This document shows positions 24,594-37,093 of a DNA stretch of 64,000 bases, in pieces. The translations under genes and the position numbers were made by a program. Each line of letters starts with the position of its first letter. Position 1 is the first letter of the stretch. Source of the DNA: Saccostrea echinata (taxonomy: Eukaryota); NCBI RefSeq assembly GCF_033153115.1, contig NW_026889803.1, forward strand, positions 32,612,001-32,676,000, read 5' to 3'. The notes below the pieces were generated by a model, which did no database searches, was not told where the DNA came from, and worked only from the letters and a program-made list of their open reading frames with translations.

Positions 24594-25805
24594 TTATTCA
24601 TCCCTGTTGAAATTTACAGAACAAAGAAGTAGAAGTCGGGGGGGGGGGGGTCACTTTCTTTTATCTTAAGGAGGAGAAGGACCTTGAGCTGAAAAAATAC
24701 TTGTCATTCAATTTTTTTCATATTTTGTTTATTTCTAATTAAGTATGTCCCACATATCTTAAAGCAGTTATATCATTAGGTTTCTAACCTTATTTTGGAG
24801 ATATTGATTGACAAATACTATGCCCTACAGTATCTAAGTGAAGTTTTAATTCTCAATGTTTCCGGGCGCATTACTCTGTCCATAATGGGATTTTTTGAGC
24901 ATACATAAAAAATATCAAAGTGGACATGTATCTTTTAAAAAATTTCAGAGTAGCAAGTTTTGTCTATCACACTGCATCTGGATAGGGAAAATTATGCACT
25001 TTTTAAGACAACTTAAACAATAAAAAACGTAATTTACAAAAAATTCTATCATTCAATATTTTTTAATTTACGTTGAAATGCATATCCTTCAAATTATTGA
25101 TTAACTGTAAAAGTTTCGAATGATGAAGCTGACCTCATTATTTCACAGGACATCGTTAAAGAGGACATAAGCGTGACAAAAACCTTCTCGAGTACGGGAA
25201 AAAACAACTATGACGTCACACGTAAGCTAAATAAGCGAAATAAGATATACCTACATAAGATTTCCGTCATCAGCCATCCAAAAATAACTTTTGTGTTCCC
25301 CGTTTCTCAAAATATTTCATCATATACTGATTATGACCTGTTTTACATAATAATACCGCCCCTCTGTTCACCGAGTATGATCTTCTGTACTAACAGATCG
25401 TGTATGACGTCACCGACTTGTTGGACGCGCAGTTTAGAGAAACAGAGGAGTGGATCAATCTTTTTCATAATTTGTTAATGTTTACAAGAATGTTAATTTT
25501 TTTTTAATTTTTCTTATATAAGATCAGAGGCGTAGTCACAAACTTAAAAGTGGGGGGGGGGGGGGCTCAAATCCAAGAAAGATGTAAAATGTGTAATATA
25601 AAGAAATTAAGATGTAAAACATGTAATATCAAGCCCCTGTCTAAGTTGAATGAGAGGACTTCAAATAGTGCACTTAAAAGTTGATCGACATTCATCACAG
25701 GTATACCGAAATCAGAATCCAATACTTGCAGCTATCTTGTAGAAATTACTAATCTTGGTGAGATTCGGATTGGCTAGGATATATTCTAAAGTACATAGCT
25801 ATTAG

Positions 25806-28280
25806 TTAATAGTTTCCAAAGTACAGTTTCAGACTTGGAATCTTCTGGATGAATAACTTTGCTATTTCTTTGATGTTGACTTGGTCAGTTCTCTCTTTGT
25901 GAACAAAACAAGTCATACAGTGATTCAATCTTGCCTGCGTCATTGTACTTCGGAGGTAGGTTTTAATCCTCCTTAAGGACGAAAAAGATCTTTCTGCATG
26001 GTGTGGCAGTTTTGACTGGAACACTAAGATAAATTTGTACAAGCTTCGTAACTTCTGACAGAAGTTTCTTTGTGATAGGCTCCTTCATGTGTTGACAAAT
26101 TGTATCTATCAAGGTAACTTTTTTGATTTTATTTTCACTGTCAACTTTGAAAATATCAGGCAACATTTTGAGCTGCTGTTCAAGCCTCGGAAAAGAAATA
26201 TCATCTTTGTAAAGCATGGCAATTTCTTCAGACACAGAATAAAACTCTCCATTTGCTGCATTTAACAAAAGTGATTCGATTTCCTTGACAATGGTCATGT
26301 TCTTTTGTTCAAATCTGTTTTCAAGAGTACCTACAGCTTGTTCTAATGCTTCAAAGAACTGCTGTTTAAAGTAACCCTTGGTATTATCATATCTATGGGG
26401 ATTGGATCCATCATCTAATCTTTTGGGAGCACGCCTATATCTTGGCAGTGATGGTTCGTGTGTCAGGTCTTTTGTCTCTGCACAAACTGCATCATAAAAG
26501 TCAGAAAACACAGAGTCATTTCTTTGGCGCTCAAAGTAGGATACAGTGGCTTTTGATGCCCTGATAGCATCCTGTGCTGAAGTATTTTTCCCCTTGATTG
26601 AAATGGATAACTGCTCAGATGCAGCAAATATTAAGTGTGATAGCTTCAATCCAAAATATGTTGAAAACTTTTCCATCATAGCCAGTTGTCCACCTGCTCG
26701 TCTGGAGTATTCATCATTTGTATTAGTATGTATGTCATCTAAAAAGTCTTGTAGAACTTTGTAGTTCTGTATTACAGATTCTATAGCATATGTTCTAACA
26801 GTCCATCGAGTTGGACAAATTGGTCTGAGGTTTGGTGAACTAAGATTTGTTTCTTGCAATTTCTTTTGCATGAAGAGATGTTTTCTCTTTGGAGATAGAC
26901 AAATAAGTTTTTCAATTTCAGTGACCAAGTCCATTGAATCACGTATTGCGGAACATGTTTTGGTAACATCTTGAACACTAAGATTAATACAATGAGCAAG
27001 ACAGTGGACGCTTATGGCAGATGGATACTGGTTCTGGATTTGTTTTGCTACACCTGTTAAGTGTCCCGACATATTTGGCGCACCATCATATGCCTGACCC
27101 CGACATAATTCTAAGGGCAAACCACTTCTAATAAGAACATCTTTCACTGCCAAAGCTATATAGTCACTTGTTTACGAATGAATTTCAAAAAGACCTAACA
27201 TATCTTCATGAATATTGAAACTGTCATCAACCCATCTGACACATACAACTAACTGTTCTTTGTATGCAACATCCATAGTCTCGTCTGCCATAATAGAAAA
27301 CCATTTTGCCTGTCTTACATCATCAAGCACTGATCTCAAAATTTCCAGTCCAATCAGAGAAATTTGTTCATTCACAATTTCTGGAGAAATATATCTCCCT
27401 TTTTCAATCCATGACAAGATTGTTGGGTTATCTTCAGCTCGCAATTTAAGTAGCTGAATGAGGTGACCTTCAGATTCACTGTGTCCTCTGACTGCAAGTC
27501 CCTGTCGTAATAGAAATTTCAAGGAAGACAACTGACAGGAGAGTGCTAATCGTCTTTTCTTCTGGTCTTCCTTTTCCTTTTTATCTATCTGCTCATTTAC
27601 AGCCATGGCACCACTTTGCAATCGCCTAATATTTGATTCTGCTTCTTTATGAGCTGATGAATTTTCATGTGTCTTGAAACGATTAATGGCTTTTTTCCAG
27701 TTTGAAAAGCCATTTTTAGAAAAGGCCAATTCCGCATTTTTACTCAGCATCAAAAGTTTTTTCTTAGCAGCATCTCGGCAGAAAAAGCAGAAGACATTTT
27801 TTCTGGTTGTGCAAAGTGTAAGCCAAGGAAAATCATCAAACCAATTTCCTTGAACAGCTCTTGTTATGGTTTTATTCTTTCTCTTTATTGTGACTTTTGT
27901 TTGTTGAAGTGTGTCTTTATCACGTGGTTGAAATGGAGTGGGTAAAGTACAGCATATGTCTCCACAATCATCTCTGAGTGCTGTTTTTTTAGAGCAACTT
28001 TTGTCAGCCAATGATTCGATAAACTCTGCATTTTCTGTGTCAACTAAATTCTGTTTTTCTTCTTGTAATACTTCCCCTTCCATAATTTTTTGTGCACTTT
28101 CCTTGTTGCTGTTCTCTTTGGCAGAATCCTTATCGTCTATGACTTGACATTTCTTTTCTTCATACAGCGTGCTTGGTTTGTCACTCTGATTGGATTTAAT
28201 GTCCATTTTTTCTGTCTCATTATGTATGATCAAAATTGATTTTTCTTTATATGCTGTAAATGTTGATGGTTTCGTATACC
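25806..28280 (-). pseudogene. hAT transposase (ZMYM1/TTF-Zn-finger type), disrupted
   Basis: TTF finger WFDDFPWL..FCFFC..GFSNWKK..HENSSAH; catalytic ADET, YDGA, CLAH, TRW, AERSFS; in-frame TAA at 27174-27172 and a frameshift near 26000. Confidence 0.92.
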
Positions 28281-28382
28281 TTCAGTTTGTTTCTCGGATG
28301 TTTTATTCTTTTTCTGAAAGAAAGATTTCTGTTGCTTAACTTTTTTTCTTGATTTCTGTGGACTTTCTGACAGTTTTCTTTT

Positions 28383-29129
28383 TTAATGAACTGATGTTTG
28401 TTTCTTTACGAGTGGTACAAAATGATTTGGTTCAAACAGAGCACCATCACGTGTATCAAAATTGCCATCTCTAGTCCACATGATATACATAATCTCAATG
28501 TGCCTTTCATTTACTTCATTTGAACGTAGTGGGTAAAATAAATTGTTGAAAAGTGGCCTGATTCCCATATTAACCTCAGGATAAACAGAGTATATAGGGC
28601 GTTGGAGAACTGTGGCCAATGCCATGATATGTATTAAACCAGACCATGCCTTATCTGTACATGTAGAATGTGCAACATTTCTCACATTGGTTTCATTTTC
28701 ACTGCTAATCTCAGCTGTAGGAAATATCATTGCTCTGGCATCACTTAAATTCCTAGACATAAATTCTGGGTTCTTGATGACAGTTTCCAGAGCAGGATGA
28801 TCTGTGTACAATTGTCCATTGCTGAAGAGTTCGCAAGCAGTTAAAATTCGTAGACTTGTGGACAAGTGCTCATCTCCACAGAGCACAAGTGATGCACTAT
28901 TATATAAGCAATTTCCATTCCCCGTGCATTTCAGGGCTTGTTGGCCACCTTCATCTACTTTTATTTCCGATGGAATTAACACTGACGCTAATTTATCTGA
29001 TTGGAGTCTTTCATAATCAGATTGACAAGATTCATCCTGGACTCTTCGCAAATGTTTTAAACGTATGCTTACCACAGAGTCCTCATCGTTTATCTTCATT
29101 GCTGACAATAAATTGTCAAGTTCATTCAT
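28383..29129 (-). CDS. OTU-like (vertnin-type) cysteine protease domain inside the hAT element
   Basis: TGNGNCLYNSASL (Cys box), WSGLIHIMALATVLQRPIYSVYP, IMW..PNHFVPLV (His box); tttattttag acceptor just 5' of the ATG. Confidence 0.8.
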   Translation of the reverse strand: MNELDNLLSAMKINDEDSVVSIRLKHLRRVQDESCQSDYERLQSDKLASVLIPSEIKVDEGGQQALKCTGNGNCLYNSASLVLCGDEHLSTSLRILTACELFSNGQLYTDHPALETVIKNPEFMSRNLSDARAMIFPTAEISSENETNVRNVAHSTCTDKAWSGLIHIMALATVLQRPIYSVYPEVNMGIRPLFNNLFYPLRSNEVNERHIEIMYIMWTRDGNFDTRDGALFEPNHFVPLVKKQTSVH

Positions 29130-29994
29130 TGTTCTAAAATAAAATTCCAGGTGTTCAAATAAATTTAGCTTGATTTTTGTTTTAGTTACAGTAACATTAA
29201 TATTTTAATTTGTTAACTCCAGAATAGCTTGAATGAGTGGTCTTATACAACAGTTTCATCTATGACTGTATTAATTCTACATCAATTTAATCCTTTTGCT
29301 AATAACACAAAACAAAATAATCATAAAAACTTACTGATTGAAAGAGATGGTCAGACTGCAAGCATATAATCACTAATGATTGAATTAGCAAATAATTAAA
29401 AAATCCAGAGGTTTGACAAATCTTACTGCAAGGCCAATGTGTTAAACAAGAAATGAGATACAGCAAATAAATAATGGTTTTTAGATGTCAGCACAAGGGG
29501 CAGTTTGTGCTTCTCATTTAATTTTGTTAGATAACAGATGCTGACTGAAACAGAAACGTCTAAACTTAGGTCAGATTTATGGCCCGTACTCCCTATTCCA
29601 AACATGTGAACACAAGAGGTCTTGACAGATTTAATTATTATATTACATTACTATTACTAGCTTACTCAGTTGTTGCTGAAAATAAAATAAATTTGCCATA
29701 AAATGAGGTTTAATATGATTTCAACATAGCTGTGATTTTGTTCTACATTAAGTGGGGAGGGGGGGCACAGACATACTCTTGCCCCCCCCATATCTGAAAG
29801 TGTGGGGGGGCTAGTGCCCCCGCGGCCCCCCCCCCCCCACCTTGTGACTACGTCACTGAAGATGGTAATTAAAGTTAAAAAATTGTCAAAAAATTATACA
29901 AGAACTGATACTTTACACGTTTTGCACTTATATAAACGGAGACTATGACGTAGTTAAACAGAGTCATGTGACCATGTGTCCTTCATCCCCTTAA

Positions 29995-30451
29995 GGTCAA
30001 GATCTAGTAAATGACTTTAGACTGTCTTTTTGGTGCTAGATCCATTATGACGTCATAATCAATTTTAACTTTATTTTTCCCGTACTTTACGGCGTAATAG
30101 AATTATGTAGAAAATAAATTACTTTCATGAAATTCAATTTGAAATCATGTGAAAATTAATCCCGATACCTATATTTAATTGGATTTTATTTTAAAGAAGA
30201 GGCTAAGAACACACAAATTACCATTTTCTGAGAGACTGTAGGCAATCTGGATACCTTCCATTTGTCTGATATGGAAAAAACTCCCATATTCGTGACTGGT
30301 TTTTCTTAATTTTTCATTGAAAATGACAGTTTAAAATATGATTCTTCGTCTCGTTTATTTGACCAAGCTATAGTTATAAAATATCATTAAAGGAATTTAT
30401 TTCTCAAATTTGAGAAATCTGTAGGCTCCTTTCATTTACTAGATCTTGACC
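29995..30451. mobile_element. Kolobok-type MITE (457 bp)
   Basis: Perfect 20-bp TIR ggtcaagatctagtaaatga; TTAA on both sides, the left one shared with the neighbouring element. Confidence 0.85.
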
Positions 30452-31364
30452 TTAAGATAAGATTTTGGTTTTTGTAATTACTAGACCGAACTCTGAACGC
30501 TTTTAAAACTCTAACCTGCTCTCTTTGTATACAAATGTACATTATATATGCATGAGTATGTTTGACCTATTTCGGATAAATACATATACTTTTGTATCAT
30601 GACTGTTAGTTCGAATTCATAAGGAAGTACATTTCATAGACAATAAAGAACTTTTAAAAATTTAACATAGTTCCTCAAAAGGAGAAACTCAGTTAAGTTA
30701 TATTTAATCAGAGACCACAGTCACATTTACAACGATCAATCAAAATGGTGATCGATGGTTTACTGAGGAATGGAGACTTTTTTTTCTTACCTTTATAATA
30801 TTTATTGTGATTTTTCAGTATAGTTTTATTCATTCTGATTTTTTTTGTTTTGTCAAGTCATTTGATTTATTAAAATAGCCCACAATGGTTTAACGTCACC
30901 AGACAGCAGTAATAAGGATAAACGGGGAGTATCATTCAACTTTCTCACTCCTCCCCCCTTTTCTCCTCTATATCTACTTCCTTCTTTTTTTTTCTCCTCT
31001 CTCACCTTCGTCTCATTTCCCCCTTTTTGCTGTTCCCCACATTGTAGGGTCCGATATTTCCTTTTAACTTTACATTAAACGAGGGGCATGTATGTATTCA
31101 TAAACCTTGTTCTAATTTTAAGTCTAGATTGTATCCTCAGCACGTGAGGCTGAACATCAGATATGATTTGATAGCGAGAATGGCAACAGGCCATTGGCAG
31201 TTTCAAATATCTATTTACTTCATTATCCATATTCAGGTCACAAAAACCCCACTAGTCACGTATATGTTTTCAAAACAACTTTTTTTACTGCATCGTGATG
31301 GCGTTCAGCGTAGCTAAATTTCAAACTTCGGCCCTCTTGAAAGGTCAAGAGCACATACGCAAAA

Positions 31365-31372
31365 TATAAAAG
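31365..31372 (+). promoter_or_regulatory. TATA box, ferritin copy 2
   Basis: TATAAAAG-cagacgacagacat as in copy 1. Confidence 0.8.
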
Positions 31373-31400
31373 CAGACGACAGACATACTCACAACATATC

Positions 31401-31432
31401 TTGTCTTGCTGCGTCAGTGAACGTACGGGCAA
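31401..31432 (+). promoter_or_regulatory. Iron-responsive element (IRE), ferritin copy 2 5' UTR
   Basis: ttgtcttgctgcgtCAGTGAacgtacgggcaa; one A>G relative to copy 1 turns a lower-stem U-A into U-G. Confidence 0.96.
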
Positions 31433-31504
31433 ATCAAAACACAAATCCACCCTTTTACAAAAGATTCTTACTTCAACATCAGCCACAGGAAATAAACACC
31501 AACA

Positions 31505-32586
31505 ATGGCAGAATCACAGTGCCGTCAAAATTTCCACCAAGAGAGCGAAGCTGGCATCAACCGCCAGATTAACTTGGAGCTGTATGCCAGCTATACCTAC
31601 CAATCCATGGTAAGCCAATTTAAATTAACTCCAAGCTCACCGTTGCTTTTTATTGTATGATAACCCAGTTTATATAAATATTCTAATTTCCTTCATCTGT
31701 TCCTTGCTGTTTTTTTCTTAAATCTCAAAAAAAAAAACCATTACTAGAGATTTACTTAGTAAATTTTCTATAACGCAGAAGTACAAAGTATCCGTATTTG
31801 TCTGCTTGTTGTAGTCCTTCTACTTCGATCGTGATGATGTGGCTCTCCCTGGATTCAGCAAGTACTTCAAGAAAGCTTCTGACGAGGAGCGAGAACACGC
31901 CGAGAGGCTGATGAAGTACCAGAATAAGAGAGGGGGACGCATTGTCCTCCAGGACATCAAGGTCAGTGGTCTAGACGAAAGTGCAAAGAAATCTAAAGTA
32001 CATGTAAATCCAAATTCATACACGTGTGCATTCTATCGTAGCACAGTCAAGGAAATATTAAGTAGAATTAGAATTGGCGGTTATAGCCAAAACAATTAAT
32101 CTTTTTGTAGGGAAAGGACAGAAACAGTCTGTGCCTTCTGGCAAATCCCATTCACATAAGTGAATACAATTTCATTTTAATTAAATTGGCCTAATGAATT
32201 TATTTAATATTTTACGTCGACAATTTTCAGAAACCCGACCGTGATGAGTGGGGTACTGGCCTGGATGCCATGCAGGTGGCGCTTCAGCTGGAGAAGACTG
32301 TGAACCAGTCTCTCCTTGACCTTCACAAGGTCGCCGATTCCCACGGAGATCCACAGGTAAGAAAAAAATATACCTTTTATGCAAATATCTGTATGGATTA
32401 TCCTTAAAAATTTAGGCTACTTTTAAAACATTATATTATCAATTATAGATGACTGACTTCATCGAGAGACATTTCCTGGAGGAGCAAGTGGACGCCATCA
32501 AAGAGATTTCTGACCACATCACGCAGCTGAAGAGAGTCGGAAGTGGATTGGGAGAGTATGAATACGACCGTCGTCTTGACTCCTAA
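31505..32586 (+). CDS. Ferritin, cytosolic H-type, copy 2, 171 aa
   Basis: Exons 31505-31609, 31815-31961, 32231-32356, 32449-32586; 164/171 aa identical to copy 1; ferroxidase residues intact; AATAAA at 32740. Confidence 0.97.
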
Positions 32587-33649
32587 AGGTCAAAGTTCAA
32601 AAGGACACTTCGTAACACCCTTTAAAATTTGTTTTGACCTTTTTCAAGACGTATAAGTGAAAATTTGAGCATTTTTATTAGACACTGGGAAAAAAAAACG
32701 GAAAAAAAGATTATGGGTGTACAAAAAAATTGATAAACAAATAAAAATTGCAAAATGTTATGCGAGATTTGTTTCTATGTTGATATATACTAGTACATAT
32801 ATGTCTACTATGTATAAAAAGGTGATATGTGTGTGTTTTTAATTTCCTATACAGTACATGTGTATAAGGTCATATGACATGTCCCTCAATAATATATTAA
32901 TTTTCCTAAGTGGTTAAAGTATTGCTACTTTAACATGTTTCCCGCCAAATAATAAGGTATTGCCAGGCATTCGTGCAACGAGGCATTTCCAAAATCCCTT
33001 GAATTGCCGATATCACAATTTTTGGTATAACTATGTATTTTAAACATATTGAAAACAGTTTAGAATTCAGAAGATAATAAATTATGAGTGTTTTATTGGA
33101 TATTACAAAGATGGAGATACAGAAAAATATGAAGGAATTAACATGTCGTTATACCTTAAATTCAATGCAGGACTCATATACTACAAGTATATAATATAGC
33201 GAGGTTGTCGTTTGGTTCAAATACATTTCCCATTTCCTACAAGTACATTGTATGAGCAGTCTAGACTTGTCTATCATCCCCGCTAATAAGGTAATTTATA
33301 TCCTTCCATCAATGTACGAGAGCCTGACCAACGTTTGTTATTGTAGATTGTAGAGATCTATAGATATACAGGAAAATATATACATAACCTTAACAGCTTA
33401 ACTTACGCAGTAAGTATCTTGCATAATTTAATCACCATCTACATACACAACATTTTTTTCCCAGCGGGATCTGCTCTCTACCAAAACTATCACTTTTACT
33501 GTGCAGTGTTATAAATCGAGGGAACAATAATAATATTATTTATTTATAAATAGTAAATAAGCTAAAATGTCTTTATATAAATATGCCCTTCAATGGATAG
33601 CCTTGTATTTACTTCTGCAAATAAAACCAGTGTTTTATTAGTTAGAGTT

Positions 33650-33874
33650 CTGGTTCACTCTCCAGCTGTCAAAGCGCCACCTACATGGCATCCAGTACCC
33701 CACTCATCACGGTCGGGTTTCTGAAAATTGTCGAATGTAAAAGATTAAAATAAATAAACCAATTTAATTAAAATGACTCTTTATTCACTAGTATGAATGG
33801 TATTGGTCAGAAGGCACAGCCTGTTTCAGCCCTTTCCCTAAAAAAAATTGTTTTGGCTATAACAGCCAATTCTA
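33650..33874 (-). pseudogene. Inverted degenerate fragment of ferritin copy 2 (intron 2 3' part + exon 3 5' part)
   Basis: Reverse complement reads tcgacaattttcag|aaacccgaccgtgatgagtggggtactggatgccatgtag..., matching 32069-32308 with indels and a CAG>TAG change. Confidence 0.9.
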
Positions 33875-34023
33875 CAGTAATTCTATCCATTCCTATAGGA
33901 ATTACTGCACTGCTTTGTTTTTATATTCTTTAAGGTATAAGCTTGAAATTTTTTTCATCCTTTTCTCGTTTTTTTTAAAAAATATTTAATATATATACTA
34001 AAAAAAATAAATACTTGTATATG

Positions 34024-34281
34024 CATGGCCGTAGGAACCCGGGGGCACGGGGGGGGGGGCGTGCCCCCCAATAATTTTACTGATATATAGTTTACTATAG
34101 AAATACTTTAGAAAACATAGCTACTACTAGTATATGCTTGTGCCCCCTCAATAAAAACGTCTGATGACCTTTTTTTTTTCGCTTGTCAAGGAATTTTTGG
34201 TAGTTGATAGTGCCCCCTCAACTGAAAATGTATAGCTGTGCCCCCCCCCCCCCCAAACTGAAATTGCTTCCTACGGGCCTG
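34024..34281. mobile_element. hAT5-like MITE (258 bp)
   Basis: catggccgtaggaa / ttcctacgggcctg ends; 5-bp TSD ATATG; close copy at 55790. Confidence 0.85.
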
Positions 34282-34661
34282 ATATGTACATGTAAACGAA
34301 TTATAATTTATATGTATTTTCTAAAATTTGTGTTTCATGAAAGTAATAAGATCTTTTTGACTTAAGATTATTACGATCAATAATAATGTCAAACGACTAC
34401 CGGTAGGGTGAAGTTACGCATGCAGTGTTGATTTTTTTTTTTCATTAAACGACCAAGTCCGAGTTGATCAAGGGTTACAGAGCTTTTTTGTTTGTTTGTT
34501 TTATCTTTTGGCAATAATACCTAGCTCTGATTTCTTATCAAATAACAATGCTGGATCAGGAATGGTTTCTAGTAATACAACTGCAAAGTATTGCAAAGAA
34601 GCTTTAGTGGTATTGAATGATGAACCACAATGCTGTATACATATTGCTAGCATAATTTGCT

Positions 34662-35694
34662 ACCAGAAGTCTCTGAAGAGACTGTAGCTCTACTGGTCTG
34701 TACGTATAACAAAGTAGCACTTGGATTTGAAACTTTAAAATATGCAACATAAATAGAATTATGTATCTTAATGTAGTCTACTTCTGTGCCAAGTTATATT
34801 GAAATCAAATAAAAACTGTAGGAGGAGTAACGTTTTAAAGGAATTTCACAGAAATTTCTATTTTTAGTAACCATGGCAACACTATTCATCGAAATCAAAA
34901 ACCGATGCATTAAATTGTGTATCTTAGTATAGTCTTCTTGCATGCCAAATTATATTAAAATCAGAGCAAAACTGTAGCAGGAGTAGCATTTTAAAGTAAT
35001 TTCACAGAAATTTCTATTTTTAGTAACCATGGCAACACCGTTCATCAAAATCAAAAACCGATGCACTAAATTATGTATCTTAGTGTAGGAGTGTGCCAAG
35101 TTATATTGAAATCAGAACAGAACTGTAAGAGGAGTAGCGTTTTAAAGGAATTTCACAGAAATTTCTATTTTTAGTAACCACGGCAACACCGTTCATTGAA
35201 ATCAAAAACCGATGCACTAAATTATGTATCTTAGTGTAGGAGTGTGCCAAGTTATATTGAAATCAGAGCAAAACTGTAGCAGGAGTAGCATTTTAAAGTA
35301 ATTTCACAGAAATTTCTATTTTTAGTAACCATGGCAACACCGTTTATTGAAATCAAAAACCGATGCACTAAATTATGTACCTTAGTGTAGTCTACTTGTA
35401 TGCCAAGTTATATTGAAATCAGAGCAAAACTGAAGGAGGAGTAGCGTTTTAAAGGAATTTCACAGAAATATCTATTTTTAGTAACCATGGTAACACCGTT
35501 CATTGAAATCAAAAACCGATGCATTAAATTATGTATCTTAGTGTAGTTTACTTGTGTGCCAAGTTACATTGAAATCAGACCAAAACTGTAGGAGGAGTAG
35601 CGTTTTGAAAAATTGTTTACAGACAGACAGACAGACGGACGACGGTCACCTTACTATCGCATAAGCTCTTCTGGTCTCTGACCAGTAGAGCTAA
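34662..35694 (-). mobile_element. HINE, same family as 3752-4664, opposite orientation
   Basis: Reverse complement of the 3.7-kb element, with ~5.6 units of the ~156-bp array. Confidence 0.88.
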
Positions 35695-36917
35695 AAAATA
35701 AAGTGTATCTGGTGTTTTTTACTTTTGGATCTTCAGGAACTTGAGCATAAGGTTGATTTGTGAGCTGGGGCATTGTCATGCAGAATGTTCTTAATTCAAG
35801 TGGTTGCACGAGTAGTTATGGTTTTTTCTAAAGATACTTATAACAATTTAATATGTTCTTGTGATGCTTTGACAACATTCAGTAATCACTGGTAATCGCC
35901 ATGGTTTGCCATTCATTGATGCTTTCACAACAGTCAGTAATTTCTCGATATCAGTTCAATGGTTTGCCATTCATGTACCTTATGTGCATTAACAATGTCT
36001 AAGAAAAGTCAGTTTCTTCACATATAATTGGTAGATATTTCAATAAAAAAAAGAAATAATTGTACCAATTTTTATTTAACAGTTTTCCTTTAATCCTTGA
36101 AAAGGTTATCTTTTAAGGTATTTAGTTTATTTTCTGCTTTCTTCTATTTTTTAAATGAACAAATACCAGAAACATATATTCAGGATATGCACATATTTAT
36201 TAAACAGCCACTGTTCTCAAATACATCTTGAACATATTGCACTAGTGCCATTAACAAGTACTTAAACATAAATATCTATACATGACTTATCACTATAATT
36301 ATCACCTTAACAACATTAAGTGTATACGTACCCAACAATCAAAGGGAAAAAAATAAAAACAGTTACACATAACTTACAATTGGCATGGCTATATTAACAA
36401 ATCAATGCCAATTAAAGAACAAGGTTAATATAAACAAAGAAAAGCCTTCCTTATATTGAGTTCATTTTGAATAATTATTTTGTCTTAAGCACATTCTTTT
36501 CAATATTTAAAAAATTGCAATCATTCAAATTCATTTAAAAAAAATATATCACAATTTGTGCCTTATATACAAATTTAATTCAATATTATTTATCAAGAAT
36601 TAATCAATTTCTAACAAATTAATGATATAAATTGATTAAGGAATGTTCAACATCATATGACAATTATACGTTTTAAGACATGTAAGAGTCAGCAAATTGT
36701 TTACTCTTGTTTAAGCTTTTTGAAAAATAAATTAAAATCTTCCGGCAGATTTCTTTAAATAGAGTAACATTTGAGTAACATTATTTTCATTTAAAAAAAA
36801 AAAGCATAAAAAAAAACACATTTGTAATCCCACTTTTGATAGTGAAATCCTATTTTGGTTAACTTTTAACCTGTTAATGGCCAGTCTTGACTCCACACTA
36901 CAGAGTTAATCCCATTA

Positions 36918-37093
36918 CTGTAGATTCCTAAATACACTCGCGAAATAAAATTACTCGCTTTTATTTTTATGGTGTTGAAATTAATGTTAAATCTCATTAT
37001 AAACCGTCCAATCGCGAATAATTGTTCTCGCGATTTGGCGTCTAAGAGCCCTTTCGCGACATTAAGTACTCGCATAAAATAAGGAATTTACAG
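36918..37093. mobile_element. Tc1/mariner-type MITE (probably in the SYNRG 3' UTR)
   Basis: ta|ctgtagattcct ... aggaatttacag|ta. Confidence 0.65.

Larger units (their letters stand above)
25525..29858 (-). mobile_element. hAT DNA transposon (Tip100/hAT5-like, 5-bp TSD) carrying an OTU-like domain
   Basis: TIR cagaggcgtagtcacaa / ttgtgactacgtcactg (15/17), G/C-run subtermini, AAGAT direct repeat flanking both ends. Confidence 0.9.
24670..29990. mobile_element. Kolobok-type non-autonomous element (~1 kb) hosting the hAT insertion
   Basis: TTAA|ggaggagaaggac ... gtccttcatcccc|TTAA. Confidence 0.7.

Noticed and set aside
10550-32384. Minus-strand ORFs over ferritin exons (10550, 10783, 31820, 32181)
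   Set aside because: Antisense shadows of coding exons that run into introns
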